From positions 480,001 through 544,000 of the forward strand of contig CBDDCA010000006.1 in NCBI GenBank assembly GCA_965226055.1: a stretch of 64,000 nucleotides of DNA, written 5' to 3'. Source of the stretch: Spirochaetia bacterium (GTDB taxonomy: Bacteria > Spirochaetota > Spirochaetia > WTKD01 > G963693115). This document shows, piece after piece, positions 11,159-23,096 of the stretch. Every line of letters starts with the position of its first letter. The stretch's first letter is position 1. The notes under the pieces are model-generated. The model ran no database searches and was not told the origin of the DNA. It saw only the letters and a list, made by a program, of their open reading frames with translations. A program made the translations under genes and the position numbers.

Positions 11159-12787
11159 TTATACCTTTGCAGAACCTGCTACATAGGTTTTAATTCCCAA
11201 AGTATCAGACATAGAAACAAACGCTTCTAGCACATGCTGAAGCTTTTTCTCAGGAACATATGCCACAGTAATATGATTACTATTATGTCCTGACATAAGC
11301 TGGTCACGATTTATACCATCAAGCGTTGCATTCATTAAAGGCCATTCTGGAGTTGTTGCCTCTAAACGTCTTTTTACTTCATCTGCAGGAAGCTCATATG
11401 CTCGTCCTGTTCCGATATGCATATACACAGTAGTCTCCTCATAATGAGCACGTGCCCATACAAATGTTCCTTTTTTGCATTGCCCCCCAATAGTAGATCC
11501 ACCGAGCTTAAAGTACATAGGGGACTGACGATACCCTTGTGCTCCTGCAATGCCGCCTTTAATATGTTCAAAAGGAACAGAACCAGAAATCAAAAAATCC
11601 CAATAAAAAACTCCTTCAAACTCACTTCCCCAGCGTATATCATGTAATGTTGTTTCTGCAGGAAGCCTAAGGTGTCGTAATAACTTAAAAAGCATAGTTT
11701 GAGGAATGGCTGACCCCATATCTACCTCATTTGCATGAGGAATTGGCTCTTTCTCCCGTATTATCTCTCCTTTTTCATTTGGAACAGGAAAACGCTCGGT
11801 ACTGCCTATTGCTCCTTCAACAAAATCAGATGCAGGACACACATCTTTTAAGCCTTGTTGATATTGCACTCCAACAGTCGTTAATCCAAAACGTTCGGTA
11901 AGACGCACAAGAGCAATAAGCATGGCACATTGTTCTAGCACTTGTTCACGCGTAAGTTGTGTCTCTGGAGTCTCTCCAAAATGAAAATTCATGCCTCTAT
12001 CAATATAAAACTGCAGACACTCTTCTCGCAGTGTTAATGGGACCAAAGACATTTCATACACTAATGCCGATTGAGACAGCGATTCAATGGGCATCCCAAT
12101 CTTTGCCATAGATACTAAAGGAAACACTCCGTTCATCATCCCCATACAATACATATCAAACAGCCCTATTATCTCTTTATGCTTTAAGATACCTTTTCCT
12201 ATTTTCTTTCCTAGCTCCATTGCTTTATTATCTGTACTTTTACTGCCTTTCCCTTTAGATGAAAATAGTGTGAGATAGGAAGTACTCCACTTTATTTTTC
12301 CTGTCTTCATCCATGTATCGAGCTTTGTATAAAATAATGTGTCATCAAAATTCTCAGACCATAAACGACTATACGAACACCCTAATGCAGTAAGCGATCC
12401 TGCAAGATTAAGCATGCCTACTAAGCCTGGCCATGTTCCATTAAAGTTTGCAAGAAGGAGTACAGGCCCTTTATGTAACAAAAGACAATTTGCAATATGA
12501 TGAGAATACTGCCATGCAGTTATCAATACAATAAGAGGAGCTTCTGTATCTATCTTTTCAAAAACATCAGAACCTTCACGCTGAGAACTGATAAAACCAT
12601 GCTTCTTATCTTTTTTATACGCATGTGCTCGCTTAATAGAAATATCATAGCGTTGCTTGACTACTTGTTTGAGCTTTTTCTCAAAAGTATCTTGTACAGG
12701 CCAACATTGTTGATTTGCCTCTTCACGTAAATCACCATTTGCAATTAAATATATATGTTGCAGTGTAGGGGTAATAATGCTTGACAT
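11159..12787 (-). CDS. L-fucose/L-arabinose isomerase-like protein, substrate unknown
   Basis: NGDLR..AN, HGFISSQREG, WQYSHH, GTWPGLVG, QYQQGL, NEVD, TTLHDIRWG, SNHITVAY. Confidence 0.7.
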   Translation of the reverse strand: MSSIITPTLQHIYLIANGDLREEANQQCWPVQDTFEKKLKQVVKQRYDISIKRAHAYKKDKKHGFISSQREGSDVFEKIDTEAPLIVLITAWQYSHHIANCLLLHKGPVLLLANFNGTWPGLVGMLNLAGSLTALGCSYSRLWSENFDDTLFYTKLDTWMKTGKIKWSTSYLTLFSSKGKGSKSTDNKAMELGKKIGKGILKHKEIIGLFDMYCMGMMNGVFPLVSMAKIGMPIESLSQSALVYEMSLVPLTLREECLQFYIDRGMNFHFGETPETQLTREQVLEQCAMLIALVRLTERFGLTTVGVQYQQGLKDVCPASDFVEGAIGSTERFPVPNEKGEIIREKEPIPHANEVDMGSAIPQTMLFKLLRHLRLPAETTLHDIRWGSEFEGVFYWDFLISGSVPFEHIKGGIAGAQGYRQSPMYFKLGGSTIGGQCKKGTFVWARAHYEETTVYMHIGTGRAYELPADEVKRRLEATTPEWPLMNATLDGINRDQLMSGHNSNHITVAYVPEKKLQHVLEAFVSMSDTLGIKTYVAGSAKV

Positions 12788-12911
12788 ATAAGTATCCTCC
12801 TTATATTTCTTAAGATATAGCGTAATCTATAGTATCTAGTATATCAAAAAACAATACAAAATAACAGATGCTTTCTCACGGGAATTATGTATAAAAGCAG
12901 ACTAATTACAC

Positions 12912-14747
12912 TTAATACACTATCTTTATATTATCTCTATTTGATATATTTAAGTTTAACCAATACTCTAAAGATATGTCACTATATCCATCAATGTAAA
13001 TCATTTTATCTTTCATATCCTCTACTATACTACTGCTTATATTACCTAGTACAAATATTGTATCATCGACACTATATAGGATGTCTTTTTCTTTCTCTTC
13101 GATAGTGCTGTGCAGAGGTTTGCCTGTAGCACATAGCATATTTATAAGTGTATGCATCGTGCTTGTACGGGCATGTTCTAATTGGAATATTTTGTTTTCA
13201 TCTTCAATAAGCTGTGGTTTAGGGGTAAGAGAAAACACTCTATAGCCTATATCCAGTGTATCTGCTTTTTTCTCTGCTTTTATTTTTTCTCCTGCACGAT
13301 GTAAGCGTTCTATAGTAATGCTGGAAATGACAGGCTTAAAGTTATTTTTTGTACAAAATGTATAGGCTTCACTCTTTTTCTTTTTGTCTATCTTTTCGTC
13401 CCACTGTACTAAAATAAATTTTCTATTGCCACCATCGTCAGCATTGAGTTGCATTACCGCATCGCCTGTAGTACCAGAGCCTGCGAAAAAGTCTAGGATG
13501 AGGTCGTTTTTGTTTGTAGCATGTTGTATCAAATTATAAATATATTCATAACCCTTTGGATAAGAAAAATATTCAGCTAAATCTAAATCTAATAAATTTT
13601 TGGTAGCTGTTTGATTCATAAATTGATTATCTATAAAAGCTAAACTATCCAAAGTCCTTTGGGCTGTACGCAATTGGTTCTTATATCGTTTATAGATAAA
13701 TCCTCGCTCATTTTTTTTATGCTCTTTTTTAAAAAGGATAGTACCGTTTTCTATATACTTTTGAATGGTGTTTTGTGTCCATATCCAATACCTACCTTTA
13801 GGAGGTAAATCAATTTTTTCTGTGTAAGGGTTTCTAATCTCAAAATAGTTTGTAGCATTGCCACTTTTTGCTGAAGGATCAGCACTTACCCAATCACTAT
13901 TAGGATCATTATCAGGATTTTTATAATTTGATAAATTTTTTTGTCTACCAAATAAATTAATTTCATTTTTACTTTTAGCATAAAGTAAACAATTTTCATG
14001 TTGGATATTTATACCTTCTTTTGCATCATTTGTAGTAGATTTTGTCTTACGAATTAGATCCATTATAAAGTTACTTTCTCCAAAAATTTCATCACATAGA
14101 ATTTTTAAGTTTGCTTGTTCGTTATCATCAATACTTATGAAAATAACACCATCCTCTGTAAGTAACTCTCTTGCAAGTTTCAAGCGTGGGTACATAAAGG
14201 CAAGCCATCCGCTATGGCTTTTTGTTCCATACACATTGTGTAAAAAATTGGTAGTATTTTCATCTAAACCAAAATTTTCAATCAATTCTTCTTCACTTTT
14301 CTTGAAATTATCATTATAGATAAAATTTTCACTTTTAGTATTATATGGTGGATCAATATAGATCATTTTTATTTTCCCAAAGTAGTTTTGTTTGAGTATT
14401 TTCAACACTTCTATATTATCACCGCGTATTACCACATTTCCTGTAGTATCAAATTGTTTGCTTTGATTGTGTTCTACTTGTAACTCATACTTCGTTTCAC
14501 TGCTTGCTTTTGCTTTCGCAATGCCTTTGCCTGCAAAGGTAAGCTCATAGCCTTTGTTGTTGGCTGTAGTATGTGAAATATCTATCACATCTTTCAGTGC
14601 TTCTATGTTTAGCTGTCCATCAGAACTTACTATCTCTGGAATGAGTTTTTTTAGCTTCTCTATTGTTTCGTTTTTGTGCGTACTTTGTGTATGTGTACTG
14701 TCTATCGTTGTTATTCCATGATGCTGTGCTTGTGCTTTATCTATCAT
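12912..14747 (-). CDS. mod: Type III R-M Mod subunit (beta-class adenine DNA methyltransferase); no adjacent res gene
   Basis: IRGDNIEVLK, IYIDPPYNT, HSGWLAFMYPRL, ISIDDNE, central TRD, LDFFAGSGTTG, DGGNRKFILVQ. Confidence 0.88.
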   Translation of the reverse strand: MIDKAQAQHHGITTIDSTHTQSTHKNETIEKLKKLIPEIVSSDGQLNIEALKDVIDISHTTANNKGYELTFAGKGIAKAKASSETKYELQVEHNQSKQFDTTGNVVIRGDNIEVLKILKQNYFGKIKMIYIDPPYNTKSENFIYNDNFKKSEEELIENFGLDENTTNFLHNVYGTKSHSGWLAFMYPRLKLARELLTEDGVIFISIDDNEQANLKILCDEIFGESNFIMDLIRKTKSTTNDAKEGINIQHENCLLYAKSKNEINLFGRQKNLSNYKNPDNDPNSDWVSADPSAKSGNATNYFEIRNPYTEKIDLPPKGRYWIWTQNTIQKYIENGTILFKKEHKKNERGFIYKRYKNQLRTAQRTLDSLAFIDNQFMNQTATKNLLDLDLAEYFSYPKGYEYIYNLIQHATNKNDLILDFFAGSGTTGDAVMQLNADDGGNRKFILVQWDEKIDKKKKSEAYTFCTKNNFKPVISSITIERLHRAGEKIKAEKKADTLDIGYRVFSLTPKPQLIEDENKIFQLEHARTSTMHTLINMLCATGKPLHSTIEEKEKDILYSVDDTIFVLGNISSSIVEDMKDKMIYIDGYSDISLEYWLNLNISNRDNIKIVY

Positions 14748-14777
14748 TGCTTATCCTCTCTTTTATTTACATACATA

Positions 14778-14982
14778 TTATCACTTTCGTTTATACAAAA
14801 TGCCGTTTTCGTATAATGTTATCACTTTCGTTTATACAAAATGCCTTTTTTGTATAATGTTATCACTTTCGTTTATACAAAATGCCGTTTTTGTATAATG
14901 TTATTACTTTCGTTTATACAAAATGCCTTTTTCGTATAATGTTATCACTTTCATTTATACAAAATGCCTTTTTTATATATAG
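14778..14982. repeat. Tandem array of five 41-bp units, each with an internal inverted repeat
   Basis: Unit ttatcactttcgtttatacaaaatgcc(g/t)tttt(c/t)gtataatg starts at 14778, 14819, 14860, 14901 and 14942 (last unit degenerate at its end). No spacers. Confidence 0.95.
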
Positions 14983-15132
14983 TATTATTTCCATCGCAAA
15001 ATTTCAATTAGCCCGCTTTTATACATAATTCCCTTTCTCACCACAAAAACAGACTCATATACAAAAGCAAAAGTATATATGATCACTCTATAGAGAACAT
15101 CACAACACGATTATAGTAAATGGTAGTATACT

Positions 15133-16716
15133 ATGTATATGATCATTATCAAAAAAGCATCTATTTTTACCACTATTGCAATAGCAATACTTTTCTTCTC
15201 ATGTACATCAAATTCATCACAACAAGACATTGAAACAGAAGCATATGTATCCTCTATTTTTCAGAGAGATGACAAAAGTACCTATGTCTGTGATATTCCT
15301 GTCATCGTAACACTCAATGGTGATTGTGGATTTATACAGGTACCTGTAGATTATACACAGCCTCATAAAGATACATACTATATCTTTTGGTTTTTTCTTC
15401 CTGCAGAAATACAAAGCGTAACTACTAAAACAATAGTGCCACTTGTTGGCGGACCTGGTGGTGCTATATCTGGCGAACTTGAAATTTTTATTGAAAACTC
15501 AAACTTTGACTCATTAAGAAAACACAATAATATACTCAGTTTTGATTATCGAGGACTAGGTCTTTCTGAACCATACGATCCACGTACTCTTGACTATTGT
15601 GACAGAGAAAGTGATTATGATAGTAGTATATTACTTGCCATGAAAGAATGTCAACGTATACTACAAGAAAACAATATATCCTATAAAGGCATCACTACTG
15701 CAAACTTTATACAAGACTTAGATCGCATACTTACATACCGTGCTATTGATACTGTAATCTTATATGGCATTTCTTATGGAACAAGAGTTGCTCTCACTGG
15801 AGCAAGAGACATTCCTCATCGAGTTACAGGCATGGTGCTTGATGGAGTATTTCCTATTGAAGTCAATGGATTTGATCAGGGATCTGAAGCCCCTTTATTC
15901 AATATAAGCTATCTTATACAGAGCTTTCGTGAACACAAAGACACGCTCCCTCACTATTTTGGCAATATAGAACAAAGAATAACACAGGTAGCCTCCGATG
16001 CTTTACAACATAATGCCCAAGACATAGCATTCACAGTTCTCACTACGCTATCAAAGTATGCGTATGATCCCCATCGCTTTGTTATTGCACATATATTATT
16101 AGAGGCGTATGAACAACAAGACGAAGATGCTTTTGATGAAGCCATGTATACAATAGAAGAAAAAATGTACACTGAGGAAAGTCCTCCTTATTTTGAAATT
16201 ATAGACAAAAAATCACGAGCAGTATTTTCTCATAGACCTACTGGAACATACATGTCAGCATCAATTATCGCAAGTGAAGAATACAATGCCCCGTTTAAGA
16301 GTAATATACCAGAAATTAAAAATGTAGATCCAATAGTACTTGAGCTATTTAAGGAATTTTCAGGCAGTGCTCCTATATCAAAAGAAGAAGTAGGCGAAAT
16401 AAAACATATACTCCAAATTACACAAGCAGATGCCATAGAATTTAAGGCAGTTGTATCTGATATTCCTACTTTATTGTTCTCTGCAAGACGAGATATGCAA
16501 ACCTCTCCACGATGGGGAAGCATAGTTGCAGGTACTATGAGTAATACACAGCACTTTATCTTTACTGACGAAGATCATGCATTGACATTTTCTAATGCGT
16601 GTTCATTAACATTGTTTGAAAAATTTGCACAAGATCCACAATCAGTAACAACACTTTATGATCCATGTATAGAAAAAGCCACTGCTATCAACACTCCCAT
16701 CAATAACACCTTATAA
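15133..16716 (+). CDS. Alpha/beta hydrolase lipoprotein (TAP-like tripeptidyl peptidase family)
   Basis: Lipobox LFFSC, CGFIQVPVDY, GGPG, DYRGLGLS, GISYGT nucleophile, C-terminal Asp/His (RDMQTS, EDH). Confidence 0.8.
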   Translation: MYMIIIKKASIFTTIAIAILFFSCTSNSSQQDIETEAYVSSIFQRDDKSTYVCDIPVIVTLNGDCGFIQVPVDYTQPHKDTYYIFWFFLPAEIQSVTTKTIVPLVGGPGGAISGELEIFIENSNFDSLRKHNNILSFDYRGLGLSEPYDPRTLDYCDRESDYDSSILLAMKECQRILQENNISYKGITTANFIQDLDRILTYRAIDTVILYGISYGTRVALTGARDIPHRVTGMVLDGVFPIEVNGFDQGSEAPLFNISYLIQSFREHKDTLPHYFGNIEQRITQVASDALQHNAQDIAFTVLTTLSKYAYDPHRFVIAHILLEAYEQQDEDAFDEAMYTIEEKMYTEESPPYFEIIDKKSRAVFSHRPTGTYMSASIIASEEYNAPFKSNIPEIKNVDPIVLELFKEFSGSAPISKEEVGEIKHILQITQADAIEFKAVVSDIPTLLFSARRDMQTSPRWGSIVAGTMSNTQHFIFTDEDHALTFSNACSLTLFEKFAQDPQSVTTLYDPCIEKATAINTPINNTL

Positions 16717-16960
16717 CTGCAGATAAGCATTACTTTGCAGTTAACGTGCGTTCCATATTCTTATCGTTTTATCAGCACTTACACTCGCAAGATATTTCCA
16801 AGCGGGACTATATGCTACTCTGAACTTACAGAACTATCATCATGCCCTAATAATGTTACATAGACATGTTTTACGATATCCTTTTCTGAAAACGAAAATA
16901 GCTATACTCATTAGCAAAAAGCATAGCAATACTCATTATTTTTTACCTCTGCTCTTACAC

Positions 16961-16977
16961 TTAGTCCTTGAACCGCA
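16961..16977 (+). mobile_element. Degenerate IS30 right-end remnant
   Basis: ttagtccttgaaccgca versus the intact IRR ttagtccttgaatccgca (1-nt deletion). Confidence 0.6.
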
Positions 16978-16991
16978 TATACAACATAAAT

Positions 16992-17029
16992 AAAAAAGAG
17001 CAAAGATATAAAAATATCTTTGCTCTTTT
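16992..17029. terminator. Bidirectional terminator between the convergent hydrolase and DUF285 genes
   Basis: aaaagagcaaagatat-loop-atatctttgctctttt. Confidence 0.85.
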
Positions 17030-17051
17030 CATTGCTAGAAATAAAGCACAT

Positions 17052-20000
17052 CTAATACCAGCTAGGCGTTCCTCCAGCATTCTTAAACATATCAGTATTA
17101 GTAGCTGCTTTCACAGGAGTTTGCCAACTCGGTAAAGTTTGATTAAATGCACTCGCACTTTCAAACATACTTATAAAATCTGTTACTTTAGCAAGACCAT
17201 TGTTTTTTCCCCAATTATCAATATTCTGATTAAACTTAGTTGCTCCCTTAAACATATTATACATAGTAGTAACTTCACTTGTATCCCAGTTTGATATATT
17301 TTGATTAAAAGCAATCGCTTCATCAAACATCCAAGACATATCAGTAACGCTACTGGTAACCCATTTTGAAATATTCTGATTAAAAACTGTAGCATCTTCA
17401 AACATATGAGTCATTCTAGTTACCTTACTTACATCCCAATCTGATATATCTTTATTAAAAGCAGTAGCACCATGAAACATATGAGCCATCTTAGTTACCT
17501 TACTTACATTCCAACTACTTATATCTTTATTAAACACAGAAGCACCATCAAACATGTATTCCATAGTAGTAACTCTGCTCGTATCCCAATCTCCTATATC
17601 CTGATTAAAAGCAGTAGCACCATTAAACATATATTCCATAGTAGTAACTCTGCTCGTATCCCAATCTCCTATATCTTGGTTAAAAGAAGAAGCATAATCA
17701 AACATATTACTCATATCAGTAACGCTGCTTGTATCCCATTTACTAATATCCTGATTAAATAGAACAGCATCTTGAAATGTAGCTTCGAAATCAATAACAT
17801 TACTTACATCCCAATAAGAAATAGTACCATTAAATTTAGTCAAACTATTAAAAAGTGAGCTCATATTAGTAACTCCTGAAACATCCCATCCACTAATATC
17901 ACCATTAAAATCTGTATGAGCAGAAAATATACTACTTATATCTGTAATATTAGAATGTGAAACATCAATAACATTCAAATCTGCATTATTTCCCTGTGCA
18001 GTAATTTCAGTTTTTATATCCGCTATTAACTCATTTTTTGTAGTAGGAGAATGCTTATACGCATCCACAACCACTACCAATACAGTATGTGATCTTTTAT
18101 CATCAGTATAGGTATGTATAGTATTCTTACTCGAATCTTGACTTGTAAACTGTATGGTATATTCCTTATTCACTGTTTTTGTCGGAGTACCTGATATTTT
18201 TCCTGTTGCAGAATCAAAAGTAAGTCCTGTATCAGAAGCAAAAGTAGTAGGATTGATAGCAAAAGTACCTGTAATACTAGGACTTTTAGTAAAAGTAAGA
18301 GCAGTAATAGAACTATTTTTTTCTGCAGAAACAAGAGTCCTATTAGGAGTAATACTAAAGTACCAAGAAGGATAGACGGTAACTCCAGAATCTCTAAATA
18401 TATTAGTAATAACGGTAGAACGCATAAGAACCCAATTCTCAAGATTCTGATTAAACGCAATAGCATTACGAAACAGACTGTGCATAGTAGTAACTTTACT
18501 GGTATCCCAATCACCTATATTTTGATTAAACTTACTAGCACTAAAAAACATACCTTTCATAGTAGTAACCTTGCTGGTATCCCAATCTCCTATATCTTGA
18601 TTAAACACTACAGCTCCATCAAACATATTAGTCATATCAGTAACTTTACTCGTATCCCAATCTCCAATATCTTGATTAAAAACGCTTGCTCTATAGAACA
18701 TATAACTCATATCAATTACATTACTTGTGTCCCAATCTCCTATATCTTTATTAAAAACCCTTGCTACACTAAATAACCTACTCATAGTAGTAACCTTACT
18801 GGTATCCCATTTAGATACATCACCATTAAAAGTAGCATTATCCTTAAACAACTCACTCATATCAGTAATTCTACTGGTATCTATCACATTAAGATTAGCA
18901 GTGTTTCCTTGTGCAGTAATCTCAGTAGCAATAGCAGTTTGTAATTCTGATTTATTAGCAGGCTTATGTTTATAATCACTCGAAACAGAAATAGTTATTG
19001 TTCTATCAGAATCAGTATACTCATGGATAACATTCCCATCAGCATCTTTACTAGTAAAGGTTATAGTATAAGAAGTACTGGTTGTTACATTAACAGCAGT
19101 ACCTGAAATAGTACCAGTAGTAGTATCAAAAGACAATCCTGTATTAGTTATATCTGGTGTAATACTAAAACTTCCTGCTATAGTAGGTTTTTTAGTAAGT
19201 AATACTCTCTCATTACTTACAAGAGGAAAGTGCATATACGCAGTAAGAGTAGTTTTGTTAGTAGTGACACTAAAATACCAAGTAGGAAGTGTTACTACCC
19301 CAGAATCACTAAACATATCAATTTTTGCAACACTCTTTTTCACATTCCAAGTCTCAAGATTTTGATTAAATGCAGTAGCTCCCTTAAACATATTTGTCAT
19401 AGCAGTAACTTTACTTACGCTCCAACTTGAAATATCCTGATTAAAAGCAACCGCATCCTCAAACATACCTCTCATAACAGTAACATTTGCGGTGTTCCAG
19501 TTCCCTATATTTTGATTAAAGTTTGTAGCACCCGCAAACATACTGCCCATAAAAGTAACAGAACCTATACTCCAATTCCCTATATTCTGATTAAATGCAG
19601 TAGCCTCATTAAACATTTTTGACATAGCAGTAACTTCACTTGTATCCCAATTCCCTATATCCTGATTAAATGCAGTAGCTCCCTTAAACATTTTTAACAT
19701 ATCAGTAACTTCACTTGTGTCCCAATTCCCTATATCTTGATTAAAAGCAACAGCATCCTCAAACATACTGTTCATAGTAGATACTGCACTTGTGTCCCAA
19801 CTACCAATATTCTGATTAAATACACTTGCTCCTTTGAACATAGATTCCATAGTAATAAGAACATTAAATCCTGGAGTACTCCCTAAGTTCTCACCTATTT
19901 TCCAAGTGGTAATATCCCCATTAAACGCTACCGCATCAGTAAACATCTCATTAAATCGTGAAACTTTAGAGACATCCCAGTTACTCAACGATTGATTAAA

Positions 20001-23000
20001 AGCAGAAGCACCCTTAAACACTTTACTCATAGTAGTAACAGCACTCACATCCCAATCATTTATGCTCCCATTAAACTTACTTGCATTCTCAAACATACTT
20101 TGCATAGTAGTAACCTTACTGGTATCCCATTTTGATATATCACCATTAAAAGTAGCATTACCCCTAAATACATCTCTCATATCAGTAATTCTACTGGTAT
20201 CTATCATATTAAGATTAGCGGTATTTCCTTGTGCAGTAATTTCTGCACTTATATTTTGTAATAACTTACTTTTAGTATCAGGCTTGTGTTTGTAATCAAT
20301 AGTAATAGTGATTGTTTTACTTCTCTCACTATCAGCATAGGTATGTGCAGGCGAAGTACTCGAAAATTGTACTGTATACGCCTTATTAGATACAATTTTA
20401 CTCGGAGTTCCTGATATTTTCCCTGTTGCAGTATCAAACTGTAACCCCGTATCAGTAGTAAAAGTAGTAGGAGTTATCTTAAATGTACCAGCTATATCAG
20501 GTGACTTAGTAAAAGTAATCTCTTTTGATTTAGGTAAGGTACTATAAACAGTATGAGTAATACTATTAGCACTTGCAGTAATACTAAAATACCACGTAGG
20601 AAGTGTTACTACTTTCGTGTTATTAAACATATCAGTTTTTGTGACACTACTACTGCCTAGATGATCTTTCCAATCTTCCAAATCTTGAGTAAACTTAGTA
20701 GCTCCCTTAAACATATTACTCATATCGGTTACTGCACTTAGTTCCCAATCAGAAATATCTTGATTAAATGCACTTGCTTGATAAAACATACCACTCATAT
20801 CAGTTACTTTTCTTACATCCCACTGAGATACCATACCAGCAAAAACAGTATTTCCCTTAAACATATCACTCATATCAGTTACTTTAGAAGTATTCCAACT
20901 TGATATATCTCCATTAAATTTGTGTAATCCATTCGCAAATGTAAAAATACCTCCCATATCAGAAACACCACTGGTATCAATACTATTTAAGTCTGCATCC
21001 AACACATCATTACTACTATCATTATCATTTGTTTTTGTTATCTCTTTTATTGCTTCTATCAACTTTGCTTTTGTAGTAGGAGTATAAGTATACCCACTTA
21101 TAATGGTAAGATAAAACTCTTTTGTAACGGTCTTAGTACCAGTAAAAGTAAGCGTATATTTCTTTTTAGATAATACATTATTAAGAGTACCTGAAATACC
21201 ACCATCAACAGAAGAGAATACCATACCTGTGTCAGTAGTAATATTAGGTGATATTTGATAGGTACCTTTCATACTATATGTTTTTACTGCTTCATTTTCT
21301 ACTACAAATGTGGCAGACTTTGTTGTAAGTCTATTCAACACAAAAGGGCCATCAACAACAGTAGTGTCTCTACTTTTTTGATACACTACTGAAATATCAT
21401 ATTTCCAAGAGGGTAAATTAGCACTGGTTATCTTAGTAGCATTCTTAAAGATACTACTAGTAACAATAGCTCTATCACCAAAATGATCCTTCCAATCTTC
21501 CAAATCTACAGAAAATGCCACTGCTCCTTGAAACATACGTGACACATTCTCTACTTTATCTACTGCCCAAATTGATATATCTTGATTAAATGCGGTAGCG
21601 TTCAAAAACATAGAATGCATATAAATACCACTCAACACACTCCATGTAGATATATTTTGATTAAAACTACTTGCATCTGCAAACATACTACTAAAATTAG
21701 TTACTTTTCCTACCTTCCAACTTGATATATCGCTATTAAACTTTGTTGCACCTGAAAACATAGCTGACATATCAGTGACATTACTTACATCCCAATTTGA
21801 TATATCACCATTAAAATTACTAAAAAGGCTATCTGAAAAAAGATCACTCATATCCGTAATATTACTGGTATCAATACCAGTTAAATCTGGATCGTTTACA
21901 TCAGCGTTGCCATCACCATCAGTATCTACTAATGATCGTATCAACTTCAACAGTCCTGATTTTGATTTAGGAGCAGTAGTAGAATCAACAATAGACAATG
22001 ATACTGTAACCACCCTATCTTTATTTACATCACCTGCTAATGCAAAATCACCATTTCCTGTAAAAATAACTGAAATAGACAAAGTTCCTGAAGTAATTGA
22101 TTTTGTAGCACCAGGAACAGCCAAAAAGATACCATCAGTAGTATTCAAACTTACTCCCGCAGGTAAGGTACTCTTAGAAGTATCAATTCTATATGTTCCT
22201 GTCGCATATGCAGGATATTTTACAATAGGAACACTAAATCCTTCTCCTACTAACTTTGTAATAACAGTATTTCCAAATGTTACCTTTTTTGTATACCACG
22301 CTGGCAATTCTTTTGCATTATCACAAGCAGGAGTAACAGTAAGATCTAAACAAGATCCAGCAAACATAGTTTCTTTATCTGTTTTTTCCATTTCTAATAG
22401 TTTCTTTACAGAGTTAAGAGATATATCCCATATATCTAAAGACTGATTGAATTTTTTAGCATTTTTGAACATATTCTTAAATGCTACCGACTGTACTTTT
22501 TTTACATTCCATTTAGAAATATCCTGATTAAATATACTCGCTCCTTCAAACATACTTGTCATATCAGTGACTTCACTTGTATTCCAGTCTGATATATCAC
22601 CATTAAATGCTATACTCCCTTCAAACATATTTGCCATAGAAGTAATAGTTTTTGTCTTCCATTTTGATATATCGCTGTTAAACTTTGTTGCACTCTTAAA
22701 CATACCTGACATATCAGTAACTTTCTCTGTATTCCACTTTGATATATCACCATTAAACTTTGTTGCTCCTTCAAACATACCTGACATATCAGTAACTTTC
22801 TCTGTATTCCACTTTGATATATCATAATCAGAATTAGGATATTTCTTAAATAAATCACTCATATCAGTAATTTTTCTTGTATCTATATCATTAAGATTTA
22901 CTTTCTCTTTTGAATTCTTAAGTCTACTAGCAAGTAAGCTATCTAACTCTGATCGTGTAGAAGGGACAGTATTAACACTAGGCAGTACAGTGTTTTCATC

Positions 23001-23096
23001 ACTACTAGAAGAAGTATCTTCCGCACAACTAAACACCAGCAATGTAGTAAACATAACTAAAAAATAAAACATAAAATATGAATTTTTTGTTTTCAT
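17052..23096 (-). CDS. Giant surface lipoprotein with six DUF285 (BspA-like) repeat blocks separated by Ig-like spacers
   Basis: Start re-called at MKTKNSY (AAGGAG SD). Lipobox LVFSC. Many 25-aa FNQDIxxWDTSxVTxMxxMF repeats. Blocks are capped by PxxK/RxxL...LPxWY-like motifs, with [20 protein letters not shown] spacers. Confidence 0.9.
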   Translation of the reverse strand: MKTKNSYFMFYFLVMFTTLLVFSCAEDTSSSSDENTVLPSVNTVPSTRSELDSLLASRLKNSKEKVNLNDIDTRKITDMSDLFKKYPNSDYDISKWNTEKVTDMSGMFEGATKFNGDISKWNTEKVTDMSGMFKSATKFNSDISKWKTKTITSMANMFEGSIAFNGDISDWNTSEVTDMTSMFEGASIFNQDISKWNVKKVQSVAFKNMFKNAKKFNQSLDIWDISLNSVKKLLEMEKTDKETMFAGSCLDLTVTPACDNAKELPAWYTKKVTFGNTVITKLVGEGFSVPIVKYPAYATGTYRIDTSKSTLPAGVSLNTTDGIFLAVPGATKSITSGTLSISVIFTGNGDFALAGDVNKDRVVTVSLSIVDSTTAPKSKSGLLKLIRSLVDTDGDGNADVNDPDLTGIDTSNITDMSDLFSDSLFSNFNGDISNWDVSNVTDMSAMFSGATKFNSDISSWKVGKVTNFSSMFADASSFNQNISTWSVLSGIYMHSMFLNATAFNQDISIWAVDKVENVSRMFQGAVAFSVDLEDWKDHFGDRAIVTSSIFKNATKITSANLPSWKYDISVVYQKSRDTTVVDGPFVLNRLTTKSATFVVENEAVKTYSMKGTYQISPNITTDTGMVFSSVDGGISGTLNNVLSKKKYTLTFTGTKTVTKEFYLTIISGYTYTPTTKAKLIEAIKEITKTNDNDSSNDVLDADLNSIDTSGVSDMGGIFTFANGLHKFNGDISSWNTSKVTDMSDMFKGNTVFAGMVSQWDVRKVTDMSGMFYQASAFNQDISDWELSAVTDMSNMFKGATKFTQDLEDWKDHLGSSSVTKTDMFNNTKVVTLPTWYFSITASANSITHTVYSTLPKSKEITFTKSPDIAGTFKITPTTFTTDTGLQFDTATGKISGTPSKIVSNKAYTVQFSSTSPAHTYADSERSKTITITIDYKHKPDTKSKLLQNISAEITAQGNTANLNMIDTSRITDMRDVFRGNATFNGDISKWDTSKVTTMQSMFENASKFNGSINDWDVSAVTTMSKVFKGASAFNQSLSNWDVSKVSRFNEMFTDAVAFNGDITTWKIGENLGSTPGFNVLITMESMFKGASVFNQNIGSWDTSAVSTMNSMFEDAVAFNQDIGNWDTSEVTDMLKMFKGATAFNQDIGNWDTSEVTAMSKMFNEATAFNQNIGNWSIGSVTFMGSMFAGATNFNQNIGNWNTANVTVMRGMFEDAVAFNQDISSWSVSKVTAMTNMFKGATAFNQNLETWNVKKSVAKIDMFSDSGVVTLPTWYFSVTTNKTTLTAYMHFPLVSNERVLLTKKPTIAGSFSITPDITNTGLSFDTTTGTISGTAVNVTTSTSYTITFTSKDADGNVIHEYTDSDRTITISVSSDYKHKPANKSELQTAIATEITAQGNTANLNVIDTSRITDMSELFKDNATFNGDVSKWDTSKVTTMSRLFSVARVFNKDIGDWDTSNVIDMSYMFYRASVFNQDIGDWDTSKVTDMTNMFDGAVVFNQDIGDWDTSKVTTMKGMFFSASKFNQNIGDWDTSKVTTMHSLFRNAIAFNQNLENWVLMRSTVITNIFRDSGVTVYPSWYFSITPNRTLVSAEKNSSITALTFTKSPSITGTFAINPTTFASDTGLTFDSATGKISGTPTKTVNKEYTIQFTSQDSSKNTIHTYTDDKRSHTVLVVVVDAYKHSPTTKNELIADIKTEITAQGNNADLNVIDVSHSNITDISSIFSAHTDFNGDISGWDVSGVTNMSSLFNSLTKFNGTISYWDVSNVIDFEATFQDAVLFNQDISKWDTSSVTDMSNMFDYASSFNQDIGDWDTSRVTTMEYMFNGATAFNQDIGDWDTSRVTTMEYMFDGASVFNKDISSWNVSKVTKMAHMFHGATAFNKDISDWDVSKVTRMTHMFEDATVFNQNISKWVTSSVTDMSWMFDEAIAFNQNISNWDTSEVTTMYNMFKGATKFNQNIDNWGKNNGLAKVTDFISMFESASAFNQTLPSWQTPVKAATNTDMFKNAGGTPSWY

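Noticed and set aside
14778-14982. CRISPR array
   Set aside because: The units are contiguous with no unique spacers, and no cas genes are in the window.
14778-14982. Canonical type III toxin-antitoxin locus
   Set aside because: Unit size fits, but there is no terminator plus ToxN/TenpN/CptN-like ORF on either side and no obvious pseudoknot. Kept only as an analogy.
16745-16960. Highly decayed IS30 transposase 3' portion (cgcaagatatttccaagcgggact resembles an RxYFPKxT codon string)
   Set aside because: Too diverged to support by eye; only the terminal 17 nt are reported.
17052-23096. Diversity-generating retroelement template/variable repeats
   Set aside because: No reverse transcriptase is present, the repeats are in-frame coding units, and the differences are not confined to adenines.
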